A stretch of DNA of 63,969 bases, filler included, from Octopus bimaculoides (lineage: Eukaryota), in the NCBI RefSeq assembly GCF_001194135.2. It is 4 parts of 4 records of this genome, joined end to end, with 100 filler letters (N's around TTAATTAATTAA, not from the genome) between each part and the next. Parts side by side here need not be neighbours in the genome. Positions count along the whole stretch, not along the records: positions 47,753 to 60,981 come from NC_069002.1; positions 61,082 to 63,969 come from NC_068997.1; 2 more parts are not named here. The stretch is one strand, 5' to 3'. How positions within the stretch are numbered: the first letter of the stretch is position 1; each line of letters starts with the position of its first letter. Of the stretch, positions 50,874-62,840 are shown piece after piece. The notes beneath the pieces are model-generated. The model saw nothing but the letters and a program-made list of their open reading frames with translations. It was not told where the DNA came from and did not search any database. Made by a program: the position numbers and the translations under genes.

Positions 50874-51336
50874 AGGCGGTGACCTGGCAGAAACGTTAGC
50901 ACGCCGGACGAAATACTTTCGTCTGCCGTTACATTCTGAGTTCAAATTCCGCCGAGGTCGACTTTGCCTTTCATCCTTTCGGTGTCGATTAAATAAGTAC
51001 TAGTTATGCACTTGGGACGATGTAATCGACTCAATCCCTTTGTTTGTCCTCTCTATCTTTAGCACCCCTGTGGGCAATACAGACATAAATATCTATTTCA
51101 TTATTGCCCACAGGGGGCTAAACATAGGAGGGACAAACAAGGACAGACAGAGAGATTAAGTCGATTAAATAAGTACCAGTTACTCACTGGTGCGTAACTG
51201 GTACTTATTTAATCGACTGCGAAAGGGTGAAAGGCAAAGTCGACCTCAGCGGAATTTGAACTCAGAACGTAACGGCAGACAAAATGCCGCTAAGCATTTC
51301 ACCCGGCGTGCTAACGATTCTGTCAGCTCGCCGCCC
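50874..51336. mobile_element. tail-to-tail pair of SINE family C copies
   Basis: Plus copy about 50874-51090 and minus copy about 51096-51336. Confidence 0.85.
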
Positions 51337-52811
51337 TATTACTCAGCAATATCGAACAAAGATAAATATTTAACACGATGTATTCAGAAAATTAGAATGT
51401 CAAAGACTATACAGACTAACATTATTGTCTGTTACCTGAAGTGAAGTTAAAACGCCAGTTAAAAAGAAATAACAGGAACCGAATCTGGAAGATTATAGAA
51501 TGTACTCATAAATTGTGATGACGTCGCAGAGGTGGAAATAAGCTTCCAGCAACTTAAGTCTGTGGCATAGTTTCAGTTTTTCTGAGTTTCTATTTATCTT
51601 CAGTAAAAAGAATAATTAAGAGCCTTTCGGGGGAAAACACACGTGTTATAATTTCCCATCTTCTCACGTAAATATGAAACTTTGCTTCTCTGTGTGAAAT
51701 CGATCTGAAATTCTCCAGGACTTTCGTATAAGCAAAACAGGCCAAAGTCATTTAAATAAGCTCTTAATTATTTATGTCTGACATATAGCAATGTTAGTTT
51801 CATTTCGCTATTTCTAACACAGAAGAAGCAGTGACATACGCATTCATACATATCTGTGTTTTAGTCGTGAAGATTTCCAACTAAACGAAAAAGCTTAATG
51901 AGAATGGAACCAGAGTGATGGAATGTGCTACTCAGTAATTTCGCTACATACCTTGAGTATTCAGCAAGCAAATATAAATGTTTGTAAAAGCTGTTATATG
52001 ATAGCATTCTTATACCTCCAAGTAGCTTTACATTAGCATCATGTTTTGTCATCAATTCTAAAATGAAACTGAAGCCATAATTATTTGTGTGTGTGTGGGA
52101 GGATAGGTGGGGCGGTTGGGGTAAAAAAAAAAACTCGTGGGTTGACCTAAATTCTTTGCTGCATTCGGTCCTTTTACCTCCAGTTTTCAAATTCCACCGG
52201 TGTCAATTTTATCTTTTATTCTTTTACTCAGCAGGAAGTTTCCTAAGATAACTATTAGTCATTAAGCAGACTCGATTAAAAAAATCTGCATCATATTCTT
52301 CCTCAGTGTAGCTTTGTGCTAATTAATAACTAAATTATTTAAACTACTTTACGTCTTAGCATATTTGTTTTTATTAAACATAAAAGATTTCCATATTTAG
52401 AGCTTGGATACTGTGATGTTCATGCCTTTCTTTACAACATTGACGATGCAAACGGATAGAAATAACTTCGACGAGGAATCAAAGTTGCTTAGCATTTCGG
52501 TTACTTCTTACTTTACCATTTTATAGTGATTGTTATCGAACTGTGATTGCTTTTCATTGCTTACAGAACTAATCATATGTAAACGAAGTCTATAATTGAT
52601 CAACCGATTGCCTCCCACCCATCTCCCTTTTCACGTGAAGCTTTATAAAAGTTTTGGTCTTTATTTTATAGATTCGTGCGCAAGAAAGCAGTTGAAGGAG
52701 ACTGTAGAGTACCGGATGGCAACACCTTTCAGCTTTGAGTTCCATAACTTTACATTAATCAGAGCCGACAATGTCTTTCTGTATTCCGAGTATAAGGTAT
52801 ATATATATATA

Positions 52812-53195
52812 TATATATATACCAGCAATAAATGGAAAAAAGGGCCTGGGAGGGGCGATGCATACTTTGCGCGCGCACAAAGATAAAATAAAATTCAATA
52901 GATATATTCTTAGACGAATTCATATTTCAACGAAATGACATCAAGAGTTATTTTTCCTACTTATCATTTATGCATATCTATCAAAGAAAAAAGCATTTTG
53001 ATTCAACCGTCCACCAGTGTTGATGATGACCAAACCGAAACTTAATGAGTTCGAAAATCTCACCCAATGAGTATTTCTGCCAAATTTGGTGAAAATCCGC
53101 TCAGCCGTTTTCCAGTAAGTTTGCAAACACACAGACAAGCAGACATACAAGCGACTACAATATCCTGCTTTCGCTTACGCGCGTAGGGTAACTAG
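52812..53195 (+). mobile_element. non-autonomous Helitron-like element
   Basis: Sub-5' hairpin ctttg..cgcgc..caaag; aaatttggtgaaaatccgctcagccgtt..cagac microsatellite block; palindrome TACGCGCGTA, then CTAG|T at 53192-53196. Confidence 0.5.
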
Positions 53196-54786
53196 TTTGA
53201 TTCATTTAACGAAGAGCCTCTCCTAGTCAAAAGAAATCTATTTTATGTACTCACAACACAACGATAGACAATGTCGTTCGGCTAAGAAACTGAATTCAAA
53301 ATGGTGACGCACTAAACATAGTAGATCCTTCAATTATTGACTAGTTAAAAGGAAACAACTATTCTATTTTGTTAAGGAAATAGATGTTAAGTTGTTCAGA
53401 GTATTTATTAGAGCATTAGCGATGTATATAGAAGCAAATTGTTTCAATCAAGACATTATTTTACTCCTTAGTGTTCAATATAAAAATAATCAAAGGATTA
53501 GTTGTAATATATTTTTTCTTTGAAACCTAATTTAGTTGTTTACTTACAAAACGTTCAGAACATTTATTTCTATTTTCTTAAAAATCACTGAATATTTATT
53601 TCCAGATAAGAATCTAGAAACTTGTACGACTTCTGCATTGAAAAGCTATCAATAAATATATTCAACTTCTGAATCATGAAAACGTTTCACAGGTACAATT
53701 GCGATGAAAACGTATATAAATATCAATATCACGAATAAGCTTTACTTTATTGGTTCGAGGTTGTATGTCAATATGTGTTACATAAGCTTTCTTCTATTGG
53801 TTGTAGGTTGTATATGCCAGCGTATCAAATAACCTTGTTAAAGAGTTCCCCTTTAAATACATTGTTTTCTATATAAATTTGAAACATCAGTATTTTAATA
53901 GCTCAGAAACTGGTTTATATATATTTCGGAAACCTTAAAACCTGCAAGCTTTATTATATATGATGGAGTTGAAGACAGAATGGAGGTAGACATTTCAGTC
54001 GAAACTACTGCATAGAAGTAAACAGCCATTCTATTCATTGCATCATTATTCTGTACTCACAAAAGATAACGGTCTCTTTATTCCAGCATTTATTCTGTAC
54101 TCACAAAAGAGATTTTAATTTCGTACAGTGAGATCGAATTATCGATCGGTGGTTTTATTCCCGAGGCTGGGGACATTTCCAAGTTTACGCAACTAATTCT
54201 ATAGTTACAAACTATTACAAATTCTTATCCTACATTTCTTTCTTTTCTTTCTTTCCTTAGCTATTTCTTTCTTTTATTCTTTCTTTTTCTATAGCGATAG
54301 AAGAAAAAATACAAGACTGGACGAAATATTTAAAGAAATTTGCCTCCTACTCTTTTTACGTTTCTGCGATGTAAGTTCATATTCCTCCAAGAATGGTAAA
54401 AGACTTTCTCATAATGGCACAAAACAAAACGTTTGTAAAGGAAGAACAAAATCGATTGAATCGATCCCTATATTTGCTTTGAAAATTTTTTTTTTCCATT
54501 TTTATTTTTACTGATTCTGATACATCAAAGATAGTCAGTCACGTCGAAATTTGAGCCCAGAACCCAAAGAGGAAAACATATTACCCGGCGTGCTACTATT
54601 TCTGTCGTTCCATTCCTTTTCTGAAAATCGATAAAATAAGCATCAGTCGATCGAACGAGTACGGAAGAATTTACTACCACCACCACCACAACCACCGCCG
54701 CCGCCGCTAAAGGAATCAATATTCTCCCGAAACCTTGAATATTTCTCTTCATGTACAAATCGACTTCTGTTCCTATTTAGTTTAAC

Positions 54787-54855
54787 CTGCTAATTGAAGT
54801 TATTGCTCCACCAGATAGGATCTTCTCGTCATCGTTCATCATATTGAAGAATTCG
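54787..54855 (-). CDS. candidate 69-nt exon
   Basis: tctgtttacccaaag|CGAA...AGCAG|gttaaa; EFFNMMNDDEKILSGGAITSIS. The opposite strand also gives an AG/GT-bounded open frame. Confidence 0.25.
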
Positions 54856-55436
54856 CTTTGGGTAAACAGATAATATATCTTTATTCAGACAGACAGAAAT
54901 CATAAGACACATATAGAGCATTAGACGGATAGGTATACTGTACATTCACTCAATTGCTTTCTTTTTGAACATATCTGGAAATTCTTAAGAATTATAAGCT
55001 CAGACTACGACGGTAGATATCCCAATTACTCGCACACTCATCTGTCATGCTGTTCAATCTGCTGCAGATACTGCATTTATTAAGCTTTACCGTTTCTTAC
55101 TGCGTGCTTTATCTTCACAATCGATCCTTGGAAGTCAGTAGTACAATAGTAAGTGTTTCCTTTCTAGATTACAGTTCAAAGCTACCACAGCTTATCTAGT
55201 TGTATATATATATCTATATATATATATATCTATCTATATATATATATATCTGTATCTATCTATCTATCTCTCTCTCTATATATATCTATATATATATATC
55301 TATCTATCTATATCTCTCTATATATCTATATATATATATCTATCTATATCTCTCTATATATCTATATCTATCTATCTATCTATATCTCTCTATATATCTA
55401 TATCTATCTATCTATATATATATATATGTATATATA

Positions 55437-55476
<40 letters not shown>

Positions 55477-57988
55477 NNNNNNNNNNNNNNNNNNNNNNNN
55501 NNNNNNNNNNNNNNNNNNNNNNNNNNNNNNNNNNNNNNNNNNNNNNNNNNNNNNNNNNNNNNNNNNNNNNNNNNNNNNNNNNNNNNNNNNNNNNNNNNNN
55601 NNNNNNNNNNNNNNNNNNNNNNNNNNNNNNNNNNNNNNNNNNNNNNNNNNNNNNNNNNNNNNNNNNNNNNNNNNNNNNNNNNNNNNNNNNNNNNNNNNNN
55701 NNNNNNNNNNNNNNNNNNNNNNNNNNNNNNNNNNNNNNNNNNNNNNNNNNNNNNNNNNNNNNNNNNNNNNNNNNNNNNNNNNNNNNNNNNNNNNNNNNNN
55801 NNNNNNNNNNNNNNNNNNNNNNNNNNNNNNNNNNNNNNNNNNNNNNNNNNNNNNNNNNNNNNNNNNNNNNNNNNNNNNNNNNNNNNNNNNNNNNNNNNNN
55901 NNNNNNNNNNNNNNNNNNNNNNNNNNNNNNNNNNNNNNNNNNNNNNNNNNNNNNNNNNNNNNNNNNNNNNNNNNNNNNNNNNNNNNNNNNNNNNNNNNNN
56001 NNNNNNNNNNNNNNNNNNNNNNNNNNNNNNNNNNNNNNNNNNNNNNNNNNNNNNNNNNNNNNNNNNNNNNNNNNNNNNNNNNNNNNNNNNNNNNNNNNNN
56101 NNNNNNNNNNNNNNNNNNNNNNNNNNNNNNNNNNNNNNNNNNNNNNNNNNNNNNNNNNNNNNNNNNNNNNNNNNNNNNNNNNNNNNNNNNNNNNNNNNNN
56201 NNNNNNNNNNNNNNNNNNNNNNNNNNNNNNNNNNNNNNNNNNNNNNNNNNNNNNNNNNNNNNNNNNNNNNNNNNNNNNNNNNNNNNNNNNNNNNNNNNNN
56301 NNNNNNNNNNNNNNNNNNNNNNNNNNNNNNNNNNNNNNNNNNNNNNNNNNNNNNNNNNNNNNNNNNNNNNNNNNNNNNNNNNNNNNNNNNNNNNNNNNNN
56401 NNNNNNNNNNNNNNNNNNNNNNNNNNNNNNNNNNNNNNNNNNNNNNNNNNNNNNNNNNNNNNNNNNAATCAGCAAAGAGTTGTTTACAAGACCTGCCATA
56501 CTTACGTTTCAGTGTCGTCGTCGTCGTCGTCGTCAGAAGAAGAAGAAGAAGAAGAAGAAGAAAAGCATTTTAAAACTTAGCGACATCTTCATTTTAAAGG
56601 GATTATAATAAATTAGGAGGTGCTGTCTTTATATGACTGCAAAGATGACAAATAGCAAGGCTTCTGTTAGATGAAGACAAGCTCGCCGTCTTATAATTGA
56701 TTGTGGAGTTGTATGGCTTGGTGGTCAGAATATTGCACTGACGTTCGCGAGATAGTGGTTTCGATTCCCAGACCGGCTATACGTTGTGTTCTTGAGCAAG
56801 ACACTTTATTTCACGTTGTTCCCGTCCACTCAGCAGCTGTCAACGGGCAACGGATTAGCGTATATGGGCGAAATGATGATTCGGGGCAATCACTCGAACG
56901 GAGGAGGTCTAGCAAGTCCCGTTTCGTACTCAGCGAACGAAAGGATGAATGATACAACCCGTATTATGAATTCTGACTTTTTGGAATTGGCTGCTCAACC
57001 ACATCGAAGACCAATCAAATAATAGACAGATATGTTAAAGTCTAGTAGGAACATCTTCGTTTCTACTTTTTTTCTAATTTTTATTTATATTGCTGTGTGT
57101 AGAGTGGTGCACGGCGCCGGGTTTTCAAATCTATGCAGTCAGATAGCAGTCAATGTATTTTATTATAACAAATTATACGATATCGGCGTGTAACGACCAA
57201 GGAGTACATTTATCCATCGTAATGCTAATTTCTTTCACTCTGCTGTCTATCAACTTGAATAGCATATTTTTAGCCTTTATTGTTTTGCTAACGCATATTT
57301 GCGTATGACTTGCATCCTACGAAATTTATGCCCCGTATATCAACAATTTAGTCTACCGATATTACATCTATGGTTATGTATGTTTATCGATTGTGTTGGT
57401 GTGTTGAGGTTAATCCAACTTAGTACTATACTGTATAGTATAAAGAATCTATAAATCAGTGAAACTATGAAACAGAATTAAATACATTCAAATTTTATGA
57501 TGGAGGAAGAAGTAGTAACATTATTTGTAAAGAAATATATAAATGTTTATGACTCTTCCTGGTAATTTATGCATATGTGCAGCTTACGAATAAATACATG
57601 AAAATATTGATTTTCCTATACGTTAATCACTCCGCTATTTCGCCTCTATTATGAGAATCAGCAAAAGCAGCTACAACTGAGAACTGAGCTCAGTTTGCAG
57701 ACTCGACAACCTGGAATTTGAGTTCTATTTTACGATGTTGTCTTCGTAAATATACTGAAAGATTAATGGTAAAATATAAGAGGAAACGGGAAGGTATTAC
57801 TTATAGAATAGTTTACTTTTGTGAAGATGAAAGACGACTATTTTTGATTGCTTCAGATGATTGAGTAGTTAGTGTTAGCTTAGTGATCAATTTGTATAAT
57901 TATATCACCAGTATTGCACTGTGTTCATAACTCAGAAATATACCATTTAATATTCCTGCCAATATAGTTGTATATGGATGCTATGTAG

Positions 57989-58078
57989 CAGTATAATTCA
58001 TCATTGCAAACTGCCGGAAACCAACTGGCATTAGCTCGCGTTGGCCGAGCTCATATAATTCAACGAGCAAAATTTGTG
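57989..58078 (+). CDS. candidate 90-nt exon
   Basis: tag|CAG...GTG|gtgagt; QYNSSLQTAGNQLALARVGRAHIIQRAKFV; weak pyrimidine tract. Confidence 0.3.
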
Positions 58079-59839
58079 GTGAGTTATTATCATATTTAAG
58101 ACAGAAATATCTCACAAGTACCTCGACATTATGCAAACTGGAATAAGCCCTGCAACAACATCCGGTAATTTTGGTGAATTGAAGTAAAAATAGAAGAAAA
58201 AGAACATCTTTTAAATTAGAAATCCTATTCAAGGGAAAAAGCTTCTTCTGTTTGACGATATTTGTTGAAATGTTTTATTGCAAAATTCATATGTTAATAT
58301 CTGTTGCTCTGTCAAAGGTGACGAGGAATGATACTGTTTCGGCCATATTGTTAGTTTTCAACGTTGTAGAGAGATAAACTCAATGGTGAAGAAAATTTTG
58401 TCTTACTGCGAATTTGTAAAGTGTCAAGTCAAACAAAGAACTGGAGATGTTGAGTCAATTTCTTAAAGTAATCTCAAGAAGTTTTACATTGAATTTATGT
58501 TCCGATTAATGGAACTACATCAACTTCACCTCAAACAGGATTGACCTTGTCACTAACTAGAACTAAAAGTGATTGTCACTTTAATCTGATAAAATATTTT
58601 ATCTTAAAATATACAACCTTTATTTTAGAGATCTTGTTACAATGTAAGACTAAATTTATCTTCACAGTAGTCTATCTAACACACATCCTATTACCGCTCT
58701 CTTATGTATTGACAAATATAAGCTCAACGAGCGATAATAATGTCTTAGATACACCGTCTTTTCATCGTTGTGTGACAGAAATAACAACGAACTAACAGGC
58801 TAACATTAGAATAAGTATACTTAAAGTATAATGTGGGCATCTTACCAGATCTTAAAAACTGTCACAGCTTGTACATCTTGTTTCCCAATATCCTAATACA
58901 CTATCATTTCGTCCCTTGTTGTTAATGATGATGGTGATTAACCCCGTCCCCAAAAACGCTGTGATTGAATAAACACTTGTTGAAAGATATTTAAGTCACG
59001 ATTTAAAAATTTTTATTTTGTTTCAGGAACTGTGTACTATAGACTACATGATGTAATGTGTCCTTCTTTATATCTAAAAACGATTGTTTGATGAAGATTT
59101 GGCTACCATTTCTAGAAGATTGTGCAGCCGTGTTATTCTGCATTCATTATCAGTTGCAGCCAGTTTTTCAAGCTAAGAGGATGTAAACTCTTTTATTTTT
59201 TTCTCTGCATCACCTCTTGATATACTGTTGCTTATTTTGATATATATATATAACGCTACTTATATAGTAGTACTATAAATTTCCAAACGTAATGTTGTAT
59301 ATGTTCATGTTTTACCGTTTATTCAAAAAGGGAACCAGTGCCCATCGCCTTTAACAGGGATTCTGAACGAGGAGGTGGTAAGGGAAGGAGATACGTTCAA
59401 ACTCCAAAAGTTTCTTCAATGCTTGTAATAGAATGAGTTTCACTAAAGGCGCCCAAAGTGCCAGTTGGAGATGTTAAACCGAGAAATAGTTAAAGTTAGC
59501 CACCCAAGCAGGCCATGGCGATATTTAAACTTAGGACAACGCAACAAGCGGGAAGAAATGCCGCAAGGCATCTAGTTTGACGCTTTTACAGTTCCGCTAA
59601 TCTATTACCTTGGTTTGGTACTTTCTTATCGACCTTGAAAGATAAAATGCAAAGTTGTCTCTGGAGGGATTTAAACTCTGAGTGAAGATCTGTAGAAAAA
59701 AAAAAGACCATGAAATATACTGTCCAACACTCTAACGCCTTTGCCAATTCGCTCTCTAATTCAGGGAGCTGATGTAACTTCAGAACATAGGAGTACAGTA
59801 AAAATACACAATAATATGTTCCATATATTAAATTATATC

Positions 59840-60082
59840 TCATTCTTTTCTATTGTTAACCAAAATCCTAGGAGTACGCTTGTTGCGTGATCCCAGAAAG
59901 CGTTCCGAATAGTATCTGGCATCTTCAGGCTTATCACGGTTCATTGAAGCGCAAATACAGACAGAGGAGAATTTTGTGAGCGATTCGTAGGATTTCTTGA
60001 AATCTATTCTTCGTTTTAGATCAACGGATCTCAGTACTGCACGCAAATGTTGTTCGGTGCAAGAGATGTGCAAATGTGCCAT
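59840..60082 (-). CDS. 80-aa ATG-initiated ORF in unique sequence (possible first exon or small ORF)
   Basis: accATGG context; MAHLHISCTEQHLRAVLRSVDLKRRIDFKKSYESLTKF...; no recognised family. Confidence 0.2.
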   Translation of the reverse strand: MAHLHISCTEQHLRAVLRSVDLKRRIDFKKSYESLTKFSSVCICASMNRDKPEDARYYSERFLGSRNKRTPRILVNNRKE

Positions 60083-60159
60083 GGTGTTTTTAATTCAATT
60101 TAAGTGACAACAATATAACATAATCCTCTTTTAAATATTAATGTGTGTGTGTATGTATG

Positions 60160-60208
<49 letters not shown>

Positions 60209-60238
60209 NNNNNNNNNNCATTTTTATACGAACATTTT

Positions 60239-60279
<41 letters not shown>

Positions 60280-60734
60280 ACACACACACACACACGCATA
60301 TATATATACATATATATTGAAAACTTTCGTATAAATATATATATATATATATATAGATATATATGTATATAAGTATATAATATTTTGTATATATATATAA
60401 CGCGTGATTATATACATTTATGAAATACATATTTAATGTATTGTGCGGGAATATATATATAATAAAAAAAATTTTTTTCGGAAAACATAGATAGCATAAA
60501 AGTGCTCAAGTCAAACCCGAGGCGCTAGACAAGTATAATAGATACAACAGAGAAGGTTCAAATCAGGCAGACTACGATTAACACATACATCTACGGGTTT
60601 AATTAAGGTAAAGTAAGAATTGTCCAATCTGAAATATATATTGATATATTGGAAATATGAAAAATGTAGAAACATATTTTGTATCTATTAAACTTTTTAT
60701 ATATATATATATATGTGTGTGTGTGTATACATTT

Positions 60735-60960
60735 TCTTTCATTCTTTTACTTGTTTCAGTCATTTGACTGCGGCCATGCTGGAGTACCGCCTTTAATGGA
60801 ACAAATCGACCCCAGGACTTATTCTTTGCAAGCCTAGGACTTATTCTATCGATCTCTTTTTGACGAAACGCTAGTTTACGGGGATGTAAACACACCAACG
60901 TCGGTTGTCAAGCGATGGTGGGAGGGCAAACGCAGACGCAAATGCACACACACACACACA
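60735..60960 (-). mobile_element. 3' half of SINE family B
   Basis: cttgtttcagtcatttgactgcggccatgctggag...ggttgtcaagcgatgg. Confidence 0.85.
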
Positions 60961-61083
60961 CACACACATATATACATATACNNNNNNNNNNNNNNNNNNN
61001 NNNNNNNNNNNNNNNNNNNNNNNNNTTAATTAATTAANNNNNNNNNNNNNNNNNNNNNNNNNNNNNNNNNNNNNNNNNNNNGC

Positions 61084-61843
61084 TGCCTCTTTAATCTTCG
61101 CAAATTTGCTGCCAATTCAAAGGTTCTCCAGTCTATTATTCGTGACCTCCTTTATGCAGATGACTGTGACTTAGTCACTCATACAGTGGATGACATGCAA
61201 GTACTCATGAATTGTATTTCTGCTTCTTGCAAGGCATTTGGACTTAGCATTAGCCTGGACAAGACTGTTGTAATGTTCCAGCCTGCACCAGGAAATCCAT
61301 ATGTGAAACCAGCTATCTTGGTTGAAGGGACAGTCCTGAAGGTAGTAGACAAGTTTGTCTACCTGGGCAGCACACTCAGCCGTTCTTGCTCCCTGGATGA
61401 GGAAATATCCTTCAGGTTGCAGAGAGCAACTAATTCCTTCCGGTCTCTTCAGTCTCATGTCTGGTCCCAGCATGGCATTGCAAGGCAAACAAAAGTTGTT
61501 GTGTACCGTGCATGTGTACTGACATTGCTCCTCTACTCATGTGAGACGTGGACTCTGTTCAAACGTCAGGTAAGGGTCCTTGAACGCCTTCATCAGAGAT
61601 GTCTCAGACACATTCTCAATGTTGGCTGGACCTCAAAAATTCCAGACACACAGGTCCTGAGGACAGCTGATATCTTGAGTATTGAGGTGATGGTGCACAA
61701 GCACCGGTTACGTTGGACTGGGCACCTTATTAGAATGAAGGATAGCAGGATTCCTAAGCAGATGCTATATGGAGAACTTGTGAATGGAAGGAGACTCCGG
61801 CAGAAACCAAGGCTGTGATTTAAGGACTGTGTCAAGTCCTCAT
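61084..61843 (+). mobile_element. RTE-BovB-type LINE ORF2 (RT core to C-terminus), bounded by gaps on both sides
   Basis: Open frame 61084-61818 with YADD at 61153-61164, FGLSISLDKT, FVYLGS, LLYSCETW, RLRWTGHL.RM.D.RIPKQMLYGEL; one TGA inside the KPRLRFKD motif. Confidence 0.92.
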
Positions 61844-62717
61844 NNNNNNNNNNNNNNNNNNNNNNNNNNNNNNNNNNNNNNNNNNNNNNNNNNNNNNNNN
61901 NNNNNNNNNNNNNNNNNNNNNNNNNNNNNNNNNNNNNNNNNNNNNNNNNNNNNNNNNNNNNNNNNNNNNNNNNNNNNNNNNNNNNNNNNNNNNNNNNNNN
62001 NNNNNNNNNNNNNNNNNNNNNNNNNNNNNNNNNNNNNNNNNNNNNNNNNNNNNNNNNNNNNNNNNNNNNNNNNNNNNNNNNNNNNNNNNNNNNNNNNNNN
62101 NNNNNNNNNNNNNNNNNNNNNNNNNNNNNNNNNNNNNNNNNNNNNNNNNNNNNNNNNNNNNNNNNNNNNNNNNNNNNNNNNNNNNNNNNNNNNNNNNNNN
62201 NNNNNNNNNNNNNNNNNNNNNNNNNNNNNNNNNNNNNNNNNNNNNNNNNNNNNNNNNNNNNNNNNNNNNNNNNNNNNNNNNNNNNNNNNNNNNNNNNNNN
62301 NNNNNNNNNNNNNNNNNNNNNNNNNNNNNNNNNNNNNNNNNNNNNNNNNNNNNNNNNNNNNNNNNNNNNNNNNNNNNNNNNNNNNNNNNNNNNNNNNNNN
62401 NNNNNNNNNNNNNNNNNNNNNNNNNNNNNNNNNNNNNNNNNNNNNNNNNNNNNNNNNNNNNNNNNNNNNNNNNNNNNNNNNNNNNNNNNNNNNNNNNNNN
62501 NNNNNNNNNNNNNNNNNNNNNNNNNNNNNNNNNNNNNNNNNNNNNNNNNNNNNNNNNNNNNNNNNNNNNNNNNNNNNNNNNNNNNNNNNNNNNNNNNNNN
62601 NNNNNNNNNNNNNNNNNNNNNNNNNNNNNNNNNNNNNNNNNNNNNNNNNNNNNNNNNNNNNNNNNNNNNNNNNNNNNNNNNNNNNNNNNNNNNNNNNNNN
62701 NNNNNNNNNNNNNNNNN

Positions 62718-62809
62718 ACAGGTGCCATTCCGATTTCGCTTTCGCTTACCCCAATAAGTCTTCGCAAGCTGAGTTTCGTGTCCAATGAAGGAGACGACGT
62801 TGGCATGGG

Positions 62810-62810
<1 letters not shown>
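62718..62810 (-). mobile_element. RTE 3'-region fragment
   Basis: Reverse complement of the repeat unit at about 25220-25320. Confidence 0.7.

Positions 62811-62834
<24 letters not shown>

Positions 62835-62840
<6 letters not shown>

Noticed and set aside
54044-54110. 21-bp direct repeat with a short spacer (also a roughly 35-bp repeat at 53736-53818)
   Set aside because: Only two units in eukaryotic DNA with no cas genes: local duplication, not CRISPR.
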